Below are positions 47,501 through 56,804 of a stretch of DNA of 64,000 bases, in pieces; within the stretch, counting starts at the first letter, position 1, and every line of letters begins with the position of its first letter. A program made the position numbers and the translations under genes. The DNA comes from a virus, in the IMG/VR virus record IMGVR_UViG_3300027754_005993, positions 1 to 64,000 of that record; one strand, given 5' to 3'. Below the pieces are notes generated by a model. It was not told the origin of the DNA, searched no databases, and saw only the letters and a list, made by a program, of their open reading frames with translations.

Positions 47501-48065
47501 TATAAATCTTCAAGAAAAACTATACAATTATGGAATAACTTATGGAATTCCTATTGGAAGTTCTTCCATAGGAGCAAATGGATATGTTTGGTCATCTACT
47601 GGAACATTTGATGAAGGTGTCACACGACAATACATTCAAGCAACTGGTGGATCGCCATGGCCAAATTCTGGAGAAAATGGATCAGAGGTAATATTACCAT
47701 CCGATTCAAGATATGGGCAGATATTAACAAACCAATTTACCAAGGCGTGGGTATTGAAATTTCCAGAACATGATATTGACACACAATTACCACCATCTCC
47801 AAATTCGTTTAAAGTTAAAAAAGCACACGACTTTGACGATAAATATGAATTGAGATTGGTAAGACTTATTCGTTGTGATCAAAGATATTATGATAATAAT
47901 TCACCTGAATTTTTAAGAAATAGAACATGGATGGTTCCCAGACTAACTGATGCTGCGGTATGCAATGGAACAAATCAAGAGATAGATGGAATCAATCCGC
48001 AGTACAGTTCTGCCAATTTTACTCTAGATCCACAGACATCCACTATATTCAGAAACGCAACATAA
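44583..48065 (+). CDS. Fibre/adhesin: collagen-like GAT repeat, Cys-rich GxCC repeats, DUF1566-like C-terminus
   Basis: (GAT)6; GLCC/GICC/GACC; GDFFAGG...WYVPSIDEL...WSST...LRLVR. Confidence 0.7.
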   Translation: MFYGSSPYLQRKLLGILGATGATGATGATGATGATGSQGSIGNTGPGLTGMTYSNGAIIHTYTDGSSISVESPNGIQGSDGDYYIFADGENIVAGTPGIFSGLSLNTSLPQDRDGIFTISRLNIRGITTSSQNSNLTLIGISSSVESRMINVQYNLSGLPYLGLCGGSEGQLVVFQSGTRFVGLTGTKYNIDAKTVDLQSLNYGERVQFVRPILKTLSSTTGTDQRYFYWPIDCQNANTFVLNSFQDQLIVGTKTVAQVVLIKNPPTANIAKAITIVVPSGITGGLVTKFAVADDVSGFTLNDADFSVSWPLTYPPCFTSGIDVINSVHFDGIWYSNYGLYNSGTSSVSWNTSYSDCPGSYNIPDPDYPAYDPVGLCCVGCSGASASFVGTQSSCQLLISQGLAQFFEGKDGTYSGCTFNDAPVGICCYKNGNNSTIKHPNLLRLCDCLRLSRNSNEQPWSYWQQIDSCCKNINCVDCDAAFNDTGACCNGVGGCENNTSRASCADSGKYWQGKGTVCQYFPPNPPDFPAPIEICKTGTAGCCVTGTCSDVSRQSSCSGLYYGCGHTCGSFDCVDNPQVICPSCLDSNQIFQVKKYNSTGSFIGFTEVKIGDFFAGGIVAGVFSPNGATCLGNRSAFGGLYDGLPLGSYTDDALRNSITGPLVFNELNSGTEKTSSAYRSVYDPMGYGFTLPEAHQSNCDSWLMIVSPWPARIREDWDITTHQFTATPFVDSTVSPDTSILPAADFVLNEIGENLVYSRIINLFTWSHGGTSHCFTLDDNLNSIFDGQVLSESCAFIGTGIRSDGAYGTLPILKNGTMGNTYWGNATSFDTCPDVNLCVDCEDSPLARTSLGRPFIFTRNTGWWSRNWGLYNSCRLFGSDVAEYYLRSGNGIGGPQFANLKTIFGATGYAGFTANFFHTGTPTAKTTIAEGTSVYNRYYYSSEQMKSEGYPQVSRWYVPSIDELSFLAKQCVDINLQEKLYNYGITYGIPIGSSSIGANGYVWSSTGTFDEGVTRQYIQATGGSPWPNSGENGSEVILPSDSRYGQILTNQFTKAWVLKFPEHDIDTQLPPSPNSFKVKKAHDFDDKYELRLVRLIRCDQRYYDNNSPEFLRNRTWMVPRLTDAAVCNGTNQEIDGINPQYSSANFTLDPQTSTIFRNAT
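44634..44687 (+). repeat. (Gly-Ala-Thr)6 coding repeat
   Basis: ggagcaactggtgctact-type 18-bp units x3. Confidence 0.85.
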
Positions 48066-48066
48066 T

Positions 48067-51000
48067 ATGATTTACGGGTCATCCAGAATTGTACAAGTAG
48101 TATCGGGAAATGTTCCAGGGGCAACTCAAGGACCAACTGGTCCTACTGGGTTTACTGGTCCTACTGGTCCTACAGGGTCAACTGGGTCTACTGGAGTTCA
48201 AGGACCAATTGGTGCGGGAATTACTGGAGCAACTGCGATAGGTTCCAATGTTGTATTCTTTGGTAATGGACTCTCATTCTCATTTTTCGCCAGAGGAAAT
48301 ACTGGAGTTTCAACGGGAGATGAATATTATAAAGTGAACGGTTTAGGTGTCAATACCGAAAACAAATCAACAAACATAATATACACATCTCAAGAAGATT
48401 ATTATCCAGCAAATAATGATATTGTTAATTTTAAATCATTTAGACTATCTGGTGGACTTGGTGCGACATTTGTTGGAATGAGTGCGGATGCTGGAACTGT
48501 ATTTTTGTTTGGAGCAACGGTTTCAGATTCTCAGATACCATTTGGAAATACAGGAGAAATTCTGTATATAAACAGCAATGCTGGATTTGGAACAGGAACA
48601 CTAAAAGCAGCTGCTGCTCCAAATACAAGTTTCACTCCAAGCACCCAACAATTAATAATTGATCAAGTATTTTCAAGAGAATCTATATTTAAAAATAAAA
48701 ACTGGTCAACAATTGGAACTATTCCATTTAGATTCAACAATAGTATTCCATTTTCATATTATGGTGGATTGACTACTGATACATTTGGTAAATCTGTTGT
48801 AGAAAATAATATTTTACCAAAATTTATATTTGAAGTTGGTTCCAGATATAAACTCGCAAGTCCAGTTGATAGTATCTCGCTTGGTCAGAAAATATTCTTA
48901 GGATTTACCAGTGGATCTACATTTGATACAATCACTTTCATTAATTCCACAGGAATATCATACACCAATACATATCTTCCACAAAATGTGACTAGAGATA
49001 AAATAGGATCTTGTTGTTACTGTAAGACGAATGTGACAGGTCAGGTTTGTTTAGATTATGTTTCTCAAGATTATTGCAATGCTATTTCTGGTGTATTTGG
49101 AGCAAGTGCTTGTGTTGAGAGATCCACAAGTTCAGATTGCTATTCTGAAGGTGCTTGTTGTGTATATGATCCAGAAACAGAAAGCGTTCGTTGCCTCAAC
49201 ACAACCGCTGCGCGATGTGAACAGTTTGGTGGAGTATTCAATGAAGCAAAGACATGTAGTTCTGTATGGGTAAATGGGCAATTATTCACATGTCCAACAA
49301 ATTTATGTAATAGTGGTGGAGCACAAATAGGAAAATGCTGTGTTAATGGAAGATGTTACAATCTATCTAGCGGAGATTGTGCGTCTATTGCAGGATCTGT
49401 ATTTGTTGCTGGACAATTATGCACATCTGAAGAAGGTGATTCTGTTTGTTGTTCTGTAAGTTATGATCTAAAGGGTGCTTGCTGCACGGGTAGCAATTGT
49501 ATAGATGATGTTCTGCCTCAAAATTGCAATGGAATCTATCAAGGTGCTGGAACAAAATGTAAAGAGGTCAATTGCTGCGGGTATTCATTCTCCGATGATT
49601 ATTTCAAGGGAGCATCTGGAACTAAAAATGCATGTAAAGCATTAGGAGCAGATCAAATTTATTCGTGTCTTCAACCAGGAGATAAACTTGGTGGTGGATA
49701 TTTTGTAGGATTCGTAGGTATGCCAAATCCTTGCGATTCATTCCTTTCGCCATCCTTGGCATTTGGTGAACCACTTGAATGTATGATCTATCCAAGAGGT
49801 AGATTGGAAAATGTTCCAAGTTGGTATCTCAAGACATGCAAGGGAATAACAGGAAATGATAATACAGGATCTATTGAATACTTTGCACGAACATATCCAA
49901 AGATTCTTCCAAAGAATGCATTGGATTCTCGCTGTATGCTCAAGGCAGGAGCACCATTTGTTCAACAAGCATATGCATTGAATGGAGTTGTTTGGCCATC
50001 AGAATTGATGTTTGAGGGTGGAACAAATTATTCCGCAAATCGTGGAGCATTCTCGTATTCATTAGTTGGTTCAGGTCTAGCAGTAGAATACTTAGATCAG
50101 AATAATGAAACATTATACAAATATCTCTCACAAAGAGTCTATGGAGAATCAGATATTCATATTCTTTGGGCATTGATAATTGGACCAGAGGATGTTGAAG
50201 TTTCTACAACACCAAATGGAACAGATGGTGGATCTAGACTTCTCAGTTGGGGAATGATGCAAGGAGCACATAAACCTGGAGTGACTGGTGTTCCATTGGA
50301 TATAGTGCTGGAAGAAATTCCAACCTATCCAGTAGATGGATTACTCAATACAAGAATTCACGATTCGTCTTCAAAGAATAAACCAGAATATTGGTTCAGA
50401 GGAACTGGAACTACAGATGCAAAAGCATATATGCGCTTCTCATTTGGAAATGGTCCAGCATGGACATCAAGTGTTAGAGAATCTCAAATTACAACAAACA
50501 TAAATTCATTTAAAGAAGCATATACTGAAATGTGGAATAATAAAAATCCACTATCCTCTGCTATAAGACAAATTTCTAATATAAATGAATCTGGTCTTTA
50601 TGGACATAATGATTGGTACATTCCTAGCATCATTGAATTGAACTACATCTACAATAATCTTCCACAACTAAATGCCGCATTTGCGGTCAATGGCGATCAA
50701 CTATTGTCGGGAAGCGAATATTGGAGCTCAACAAGTGTTACTCGTCTCAAGAGTTGGAGTCCTTTTGTTCCTCTTGATAAAGATCAATATGTTTTAGAAA
50801 ATATTGATCCCCAAATAGAACCATATCTTTCTGACAATAGGTTAACAAGTAATAATATTAATTTCTTCGCCAATGAAGATGAAGCATATAAATTCACAAT
50901 GGCAGTTGCTAATGGACAGAAAATGCTCACGCAGGTATTTGATGGCAATTCTACTACTGAAGGTATGATCAAATCCCAAAATAGAAATGCTAGAGTTGCT

Positions 51001-51144
51001 AATCTAAGACCAGTTAGACGAATTCCTTTAGTGGTTACTTGTAATAATTTCTACTATAGTGCATCTATTCTAAATAATTATTGGTCATCAGGATCTACAG
51101 GATGTGCGTCTTGTCTTGACATTGTAGAAGGAATGTGTACATGA
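48067..51144 (+). CDS. Fibre/adhesin: GPT collagen-like repeat, GxCC repeats, DUF1566-like C-terminus
   Basis: GPTGPTGFTG; GSCC/GACC/GKCC; DWYIPSIIEL...YWSST...LRPVRR. Confidence 0.7.
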   Translation: MIYGSSRIVQVVSGNVPGATQGPTGPTGFTGPTGPTGSTGSTGVQGPIGAGITGATAIGSNVVFFGNGLSFSFFARGNTGVSTGDEYYKVNGLGVNTENKSTNIIYTSQEDYYPANNDIVNFKSFRLSGGLGATFVGMSADAGTVFLFGATVSDSQIPFGNTGEILYINSNAGFGTGTLKAAAAPNTSFTPSTQQLIIDQVFSRESIFKNKNWSTIGTIPFRFNNSIPFSYYGGLTTDTFGKSVVENNILPKFIFEVGSRYKLASPVDSISLGQKIFLGFTSGSTFDTITFINSTGISYTNTYLPQNVTRDKIGSCCYCKTNVTGQVCLDYVSQDYCNAISGVFGASACVERSTSSDCYSEGACCVYDPETESVRCLNTTAARCEQFGGVFNEAKTCSSVWVNGQLFTCPTNLCNSGGAQIGKCCVNGRCYNLSSGDCASIAGSVFVAGQLCTSEEGDSVCCSVSYDLKGACCTGSNCIDDVLPQNCNGIYQGAGTKCKEVNCCGYSFSDDYFKGASGTKNACKALGADQIYSCLQPGDKLGGGYFVGFVGMPNPCDSFLSPSLAFGEPLECMIYPRGRLENVPSWYLKTCKGITGNDNTGSIEYFARTYPKILPKNALDSRCMLKAGAPFVQQAYALNGVVWPSELMFEGGTNYSANRGAFSYSLVGSGLAVEYLDQNNETLYKYLSQRVYGESDIHILWALIIGPEDVEVSTTPNGTDGGSRLLSWGMMQGAHKPGVTGVPLDIVLEEIPTYPVDGLLNTRIHDSSSKNKPEYWFRGTGTTDAKAYMRFSFGNGPAWTSSVRESQITTNINSFKEAYTEMWNNKNPLSSAIRQISNINESGLYGHNDWYIPSIIELNYIYNNLPQLNAAFAVNGDQLLSGSEYWSSTSVTRLKSWSPFVPLDKDQYVLENIDPQIEPYLSDNRLTSNNINFFANEDEAYKFTMAVANGQKMLTQVFDGNSTTEGMIKSQNRNARVANLRPVRRIPLVVTCNNFYYSASILNNYWSSGSTGCASCLDIVEGMCT

Positions 51145-53858
51145 GTAATAGTCCAATAACTAATATAATATCTGTAGGAAAAACTGGATCAGTAGGACCA
51201 GTTGGTTCTACTGGTGCTACTGGTAATAGAGGAAATACTGGTAATGGTGGTATTACTGGAGAACGAGGAATACACTTTTTAAGTTCTCGCGGATTTGCGA
51301 ACGGAATAACATTAACATTCTCTGATTTAAGTACAATTGCTGTAAATGGGGCTTTCAGAGGAACAACATTTATTGATAAGACTTCTGGATTAGTTCAAGG
51401 ATCAAATACAGCATCAAGTTCCTTCCTTACACAATATGGATTATTTTCCGCTGTAAATGGTGGAACATTTCAATTTAAAGGATTGTGTGCTTATGGTTCA
51501 CTAAGAGCATCTTTAACTGGACCAGCAAATGAATATATTTCCATTGATACGATCTATTGGGGTAAAGATCTTATAGGAAATTATGATGCTGGTACAATGA
51601 CTCCTGGAAGATTAACATTTCTAGGAACTCCAACAGTAGTTAATGGTTCTGGAATCACACATACTCAATTAAATAGCGATAATATTAGTTTTGGTCATAC
51701 TGGTACATTTAATTTTCAAAACACATTTTTTAGTTCTGGAACATCAGATGATACAAGTTACAACTTAAATGCTGGAGCAAAAGTATCTACTATTGGACCA
51801 ATTCGTAAAGGAGCATTTTCAGGATTAACTGGAAATAATCCAATTGGTGGAGTTGGGACCACGCAGGGAATATACATTGACGCAAATTCTGCTGGCGCAT
51901 TCATTCTTCATACACCAATTGGAATACGAGGAATCAGCGGAAATTTCAATTCAAATGAAGTTGATTCAATAACACTAGTAATTGATTCTGATGATGTGTG
52001 GAAATTTCCAGAAAATATTTACTTTGAACCAGATGAAAACTATCTTTCTTGTGGTAAGAATATAATTGGACTCATGACATATGATGGTGGTGAAACCTGG
52101 TTGGCAACTGTATCGCATCGTGGTCATGGTGTGGCAGATGTAAACAGAGCATGTATTCCAGGATATTTATTTGGTTCTTGCTGTTATAATAATCCAGATG
52201 GTACTCTTGAATGTTTGGATTATACTTCTCGTTCAACATGTGATAAATTATTTGGAAATTTTAGTCCAGCGAAGTCGTGTGAAGATTCATGTGGTGGCGA
52301 AAACGGAATTTGTTGCTCAAATGGTAAATGTTTAGGTGAAATTACTGTTGCTTTATGTGATCAATTTGGTGGTCAGTATTGGAGTGGACTCAATTGTACA
52401 GACTACACTGGAAATTTGAATTACCCAATTGGCGAACTAAGTTCAGATCAACTAAAAGAGCAAGGAAGTTTTTGTTATAATAACTGTAATGATACTCCAG
52501 TTGTTTGCTGTAAGGATGGTCAATGTTTAGGAAACTATACAAGAGTTCAATGTGAATTGATTCTTGGTGGTAGATCATTGACCGCTGCGTCTTGCTCTGA
52601 AGCAGATTGCTGCGATTATGGGACAATTAAGGGTGCTTGTTGTAAATGTAATTCTGTTAATGGAATTATACAATACGAATGTATACCCGATTTATCTCCA
52701 TCAGCTTGTAAATCTCTTGGTGGGTCTTTCATGGGTCCAGGAAAACAATGCAATGAGGTAAGTTGTGGTTGTGTTTGTGGACCAATTGGACCCTCTGGAC
52801 CATCTGGACCCTCTGGACCATCTGGACCCTCTGGACCTAATGACGCTATTGGAATTTGTTGCAAAAATGGAACATGCCTACCAAATATTGGAAGCAAAGC
52901 AGAATGTTCTGCCGCATGTGGAAATTGGTTAGATAAAATTTATTATGATCAACAAGTACCCACCCCAGGTAGTTATCAGTTTGGATCAGACCCAAACGAC
53001 TGTGAATTCTGTGCGTTACACCGACCTGTTATGGTTTTATCGCAATTTTTAATCCCTGGCGATTGCAGTCCTTTTATTCAATTTCTAAGATTTTCTATGT
53101 CTATTGGCGATAGCAGTTGTGCAGTGTACCCCGAGTTAGATTTATTCATCGCTGACCCTGGTGACCAAAGACCTCCAATAACTACTATTAATACACCTAG
53201 TGATGATCTTAATATGACAGGTGCTAACATAGCCTTGATTTCTGATCTATTCTTCAACATATATGGTGTTACAATTCCCTTAAGGTCGGCAGTAGGTGTA
53301 AGACAACAACTAATTGATTTAATGTCTTGTCCTCTCTCAACTGAAAATTTAGAGATTATAATTGAACTTGGAGATAGAATGTTGAAGGCCTGGCTCGAAG
53401 CTGAGTGGATTATAAATGGATGGACTCCTTGCTCACAGAAGTGTTGTACATGTGAGGGTGAGAACCCTACGGCGCCTGGTTTACCTTTTTGTCTACCAAT
53501 TGGTGACGACCGAATGACTGTTCGCAACCTTTGTCAATACAGAGACATATGTCTTGATCTAGGGATTGCCAATGACGCGATGGGTAATCCAGGTTGTCAG
53601 TGCGGTGGTCCTGAGAATACTGGAGATTCACCTTGTGGAAAGCCAATTGCTGAAAGACTGAATTGTCCTTCATTGGACCACCCTGATTCTGAATATTGTA
53701 ATTGGTCCGAAATCAATACTTGTCAGTGTTCAAATTCAGGTCTTACTGATGATCTAATTAAGAGTGTAAAGATGTATCTAAATAGTACAGATTATGTTTG
53801 TGTTCCTGTTTCATATACAGATTTCTCAGGTTACGAACTCTGCGACGGGGAATCCTAA
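51141..53858 (+). CDS. Cys-rich fibre protein with GxCC and (GPS)n repeats
   Basis: Collagen-like N-terminus; WKFPEN...TYDGGETW; many GxCC units. Confidence 0.7.
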   Translation: MSNSPITNIISVGKTGSVGPVGSTGATGNRGNTGNGGITGERGIHFLSSRGFANGITLTFSDLSTIAVNGAFRGTTFIDKTSGLVQGSNTASSSFLTQYGLFSAVNGGTFQFKGLCAYGSLRASLTGPANEYISIDTIYWGKDLIGNYDAGTMTPGRLTFLGTPTVVNGSGITHTQLNSDNISFGHTGTFNFQNTFFSSGTSDDTSYNLNAGAKVSTIGPIRKGAFSGLTGNNPIGGVGTTQGIYIDANSAGAFILHTPIGIRGISGNFNSNEVDSITLVIDSDDVWKFPENIYFEPDENYLSCGKNIIGLMTYDGGETWLATVSHRGHGVADVNRACIPGYLFGSCCYNNPDGTLECLDYTSRSTCDKLFGNFSPAKSCEDSCGGENGICCSNGKCLGEITVALCDQFGGQYWSGLNCTDYTGNLNYPIGELSSDQLKEQGSFCYNNCNDTPVVCCKDGQCLGNYTRVQCELILGGRSLTAASCSEADCCDYGTIKGACCKCNSVNGIIQYECIPDLSPSACKSLGGSFMGPGKQCNEVSCGCVCGPIGPSGPSGPSGPSGPSGPNDAIGICCKNGTCLPNIGSKAECSAACGNWLDKIYYDQQVPTPGSYQFGSDPNDCEFCALHRPVMVLSQFLIPGDCSPFIQFLRFSMSIGDSSCAVYPELDLFIADPGDQRPPITTINTPSDDLNMTGANIALISDLFFNIYGVTIPLRSAVGVRQQLIDLMSCPLSTENLEIIIELGDRMLKAWLEAEWIINGWTPCSQKCCTCEGENPTAPGLPFCLPIGDDRMTVRNLCQYRDICLDLGIANDAMGNPGCQCGGPENTGDSPCGKPIAERLNCPSLDHPDSEYCNWSEINTCQCSNSGLTDDLIKSVKMYLNSTDYVCVPVSYTDFSGYELCDGES
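52788..52838 (+). repeat. (Gly-Pro-Ser)5 coding repeat
   Basis: ggaccctctggaccatct units. Confidence 0.85.
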
Positions 53859-55366
53859 TGTCTTCAGTACAGTTTAGATCAAGAATAAAACCAGCATTTG
53901 ACTACTCAGATAAACTGAATAGTTATGGTGTTTGTTGTGGGACTACAGGTGCAGACAATAAAACAATAAAATCGTTTACTGAATGTTTTAATGAAGGTGG
54001 ATATTTTATTCCTACACTAGATGGAAACGCTGACAGTGTTTCATGTCCAGATAGAGATACTCGTCTTGGATGTTGTTGTGCGTGTTCGTATGTAACTCCA
54101 GGAGAATTAAATCAAGTACCTACTTTGGATAGCGAGGGAAACACATCAACTCCATATCTTGCATCGGGAACAACAAGTAATGTTTCTAAATGCGAATGTG
54201 ACCGAGTGAATGGAAAATGGACAGAAGGAACTTGTCCAATATTGACAGCAGATACTTGGCAAACTCAATGTTTAAACTCAAGCAGATTAGATGCTAGAGC
54301 ACCAAGATCTTGTTGTCATTTAGAATTTGATGAAGATACAGGTTGGCCAACTTCTATTACATGTAAAGATGTTTGTTCTAGTAGAGATTGTGCGCTTTTG
54401 GGAACTGAAACATATCCATCGGTGTTTGGAGACAATAGATGTACTACACCGCTCCGAGAAGGCGATCAAACTACAACATGTATTGATTCACCGTATTATT
54501 CATATATGCTTACAAGGTCTTCATTATATGAAGGATTTGTAATGGGGTCTTGTTATATCTTGGAAGATAACAATGGATCTTTAGAATATTCGTGTTCTAT
54601 AACACCACAAGCATCGTGTGCTGGATATTGGATCGAAGATCAGGATGAAAACAATTCTTTCTGTACTTCAAGTTTTCAACCAATCAATCCACAAAAAATA
54701 TCAGGAAAATATCAAGTCCAAACGATGGGTCTTACAGCATTTAATAATTTAGGATTGACTTCTGGAGACACATTTCAAGGTGGAATTTATATTGGAATAT
54801 TCAAACCACCAGTATTAAATGGTAAAAGCAGTGAATTATATGGAAATTTAAGTTTTGCAAATCCAACATTGACAAACATGTATGCCGATTCTGTCGGAGG
54901 TACTGCTTCACAGTGGGCATTGATTGTAAATGAAACTAAATATTCTGTACCATTTATAACAGCAAATGAAATTGATGTAGACTATACCACTTCACTGTGG
55001 GATGGATATTACAATACTTATGGAGATGGAGTATTCAATGGAATTAATAATGCTCTGACCAATACAATTAGATACGCTGATAGGGGAGGATTTATTGATT
55101 ATTATCTACCATCAATATATGAATTGTATTTCTACAATGCCTATCTTTATAGAAATACTAAAAATATATCTGGAAATGTAATGTCGTCTTCCATATTCAA
55201 TACTAAATACTTAAACAAGACCACACAGAAATCAAAGATATCTGGAAAAGGATTTGTGTATGGAGTGGGTATGAGTATCAATTATAGTGTAAATTATAAA
55301 ACTTTACTTATAGAAAAAACAAATACAGAGAGTGCTTTATTTTTTAGAAGAATCGTATTACAATAA
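53858..55366 (+). CDS. Cys-rich virion protein with a degenerate DUF1566-like C-terminus
   Basis: GVCC/GCCC; GDTFQGGIYIG...DYYLPSIYEL...FFRRI; start at ATG 53858. Confidence 0.7.
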   Translation: MSSVQFRSRIKPAFDYSDKLNSYGVCCGTTGADNKTIKSFTECFNEGGYFIPTLDGNADSVSCPDRDTRLGCCCACSYVTPGELNQVPTLDSEGNTSTPYLASGTTSNVSKCECDRVNGKWTEGTCPILTADTWQTQCLNSSRLDARAPRSCCHLEFDEDTGWPTSITCKDVCSSRDCALLGTETYPSVFGDNRCTTPLREGDQTTTCIDSPYYSYMLTRSSLYEGFVMGSCYILEDNNGSLEYSCSITPQASCAGYWIEDQDENNSFCTSSFQPINPQKISGKYQVQTMGLTAFNNLGLTSGDTFQGGIYIGIFKPPVLNGKSSELYGNLSFANPTLTNMYADSVGGTASQWALIVNETKYSVPFITANEIDVDYTTSLWDGYYNTYGDGVFNGINNALTNTIRYADRGGFIDYYLPSIYELYFYNAYLYRNTKNISGNVMSSSIFNTKYLNKTTQKSKISGKGFVYGVGMSINYSVNYKTLLIEKTNTESALFFRRIVLQ

Positions 55367-55378
55367 GGATTTTTTATC

Positions 55379-55948
55379 ATGGGATGTAATTGTAAAAACA
55401 AGAATACTGGTGGGGAACAACCACCCCAAGAACCCGCTCGCGCAGCAGCACCTGCGGATATCGTTTTCCGTTCAGAACAAGCAATTCCTCAGGGGGGATT
55501 AAAACAAAAATTGACCATGATGCAAAGCTTTGCCATGGCGATTACCTCTCGTGGAATGAACAACGAAAAGGTCACAAAACCAATCAAACAACTTCGGGTT
55601 TTAAGTTGCTTTGGCAATCAGGGTCAGGGTGGGGTACTACCACAATGTGAACATCTAAAGAAAAGTACAACAGACGGTAAGTTTTTCTGTGGTGGATGCG
55701 GATGTGGTGACCGTAAAGGTACATGGTTGACTCCAGATGATCCAGAATACAGTAAACTGGATTATCCAAAGTTAAACTGCCCATTACAGATGCCTGGATT
55801 TACAAATTATGAAAAGGCAAAACCAGATGAATCTGCATCTCCAATAACAAGAAGATATTACATTGAACAGTTGCCATATAGAGATATAGAACACATAAAA
55901 GTAACTACGCACGAAGTGCCTATACAACCACCAGAAGTTTTAAAATAA
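55379..55948 (+). CDS. Cys-rich hypothetical protein
   Basis: MGCNCK; CGGCGCG; LNCPL. Confidence 0.7.
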   Translation: MGCNCKNKNTGGEQPPQEPARAAAPADIVFRSEQAIPQGGLKQKLTMMQSFAMAITSRGMNNEKVTKPIKQLRVLSCFGNQGQGGVLPQCEHLKKSTTDGKFFCGGCGCGDRKGTWLTPDDPEYSKLDYPKLNCPLQMPGFTNYEKAKPDESASPITRRYYIEQLPYRDIEHIKVTTHEVPIQPPEVLK

Positions 55949-55964
55949 ACAAAAAAACTCTCCT

Positions 55965-55972
55965 TATAAATA
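55965..55972 (+). promoter_or_regulatory. T4-type late promoter within a hairpin upstream of gp13
   Basis: TATAAATA; flanking arms actctcctta/taaggagagt. Confidence 0.75.
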
Positions 55973-55991
55973 AAGTAAGGAGAGTGTTTTA

Positions 55992-56801
55992 ATGTCTTCA
56001 GTAAACGCACCAAATTCAAGAGAAACGCTTATAGAACATGCTCTTCGTGCTCTCGGGCATCCCGTAATCCAAATAAATGTAGATCAGCAACAATGCGAGG
56101 ATCGTCTTGATGAAGCATTGCAATATTTTACCACCAGACACTATGATGGTGTTATAAAAATGTTTTTCAAGTATCAAGTAACTCAGACGGATCTGGATCG
56201 CGGGTTTATAAATGTTTCGGATATTCAAAACCCAGCTAGCGATCCCAATGGACCCGATGGCACTAATATTGTGTCTGTTGTTAAGATATTCAGATTCGGC
56301 ACTCTTTCTGGTGTTAATATGTTTGATGTCAGATATCAGTTGGCATTGACCGATTACTTTGGAATCAATCGTGGGTTGAACGGAAGTTCATCAACTCCTC
56401 TTGCTGGGTATCAAGCGACTATGTCTTACATCAGTCTTCTTGAACAATTTTTTAGTCCAGAGAAGTCATTAAGATTCAATAAAGTAACAAATAAAATCTA
56501 TGTGGATGCTTTTAGTCAAGATATAGATGCTGGTGGATATTTAATAATTGAATCATATGCAGAACTAGACCCAGATGTGTATACTAAAATTTATGATGAT
56601 CGCATGGTGAAGAAGTATGTCATTGCTTTGATTAAAAAGCAATGGGGTGCAAACATGTTGAAGTATGATGGTGTTCAACTTCCAGGCGGCATCACTTTCA
56701 AGGGACAACAGATATATCAGGATGCCATGGCAGAGATTGTTGCGATAGAACAAGAGTTTGAAAGATCATACGAACTACCGATAGATTTCATGATTGGATA
56801 A
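55992..56801 (+). CDS. gp13: Neck protein gp13
   Basis: LRALGHPVIQINVD..Q.EDR.DEALQY..., KQWGANM.KY.GVQLPGG.T..G. Confidence 0.93.
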   Translation: MSSVNAPNSRETLIEHALRALGHPVIQINVDQQQCEDRLDEALQYFTTRHYDGVIKMFFKYQVTQTDLDRGFINVSDIQNPASDPNGPDGTNIVSVVKIFRFGTLSGVNMFDVRYQLALTDYFGINRGLNGSSSTPLAGYQATMSYISLLEQFFSPEKSLRFNKVTNKIYVDAFSQDIDAGGYLIIESYAELDPDVYTKIYDDRMVKKYVIALIKKQWGANMLKYDGVQLPGGITFKGQQIYQDAMAEIVAIEQEFERSYELPIDFMIG

Positions 56802-56804
56802 AAA

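Noticed and set aside
44583-55366. Diversity-generating retroelement targeting the DUF1566-like fibre tips
   Set aside because: No reverse transcriptase and no template/variable repeat pair differing at adenines seen in this window
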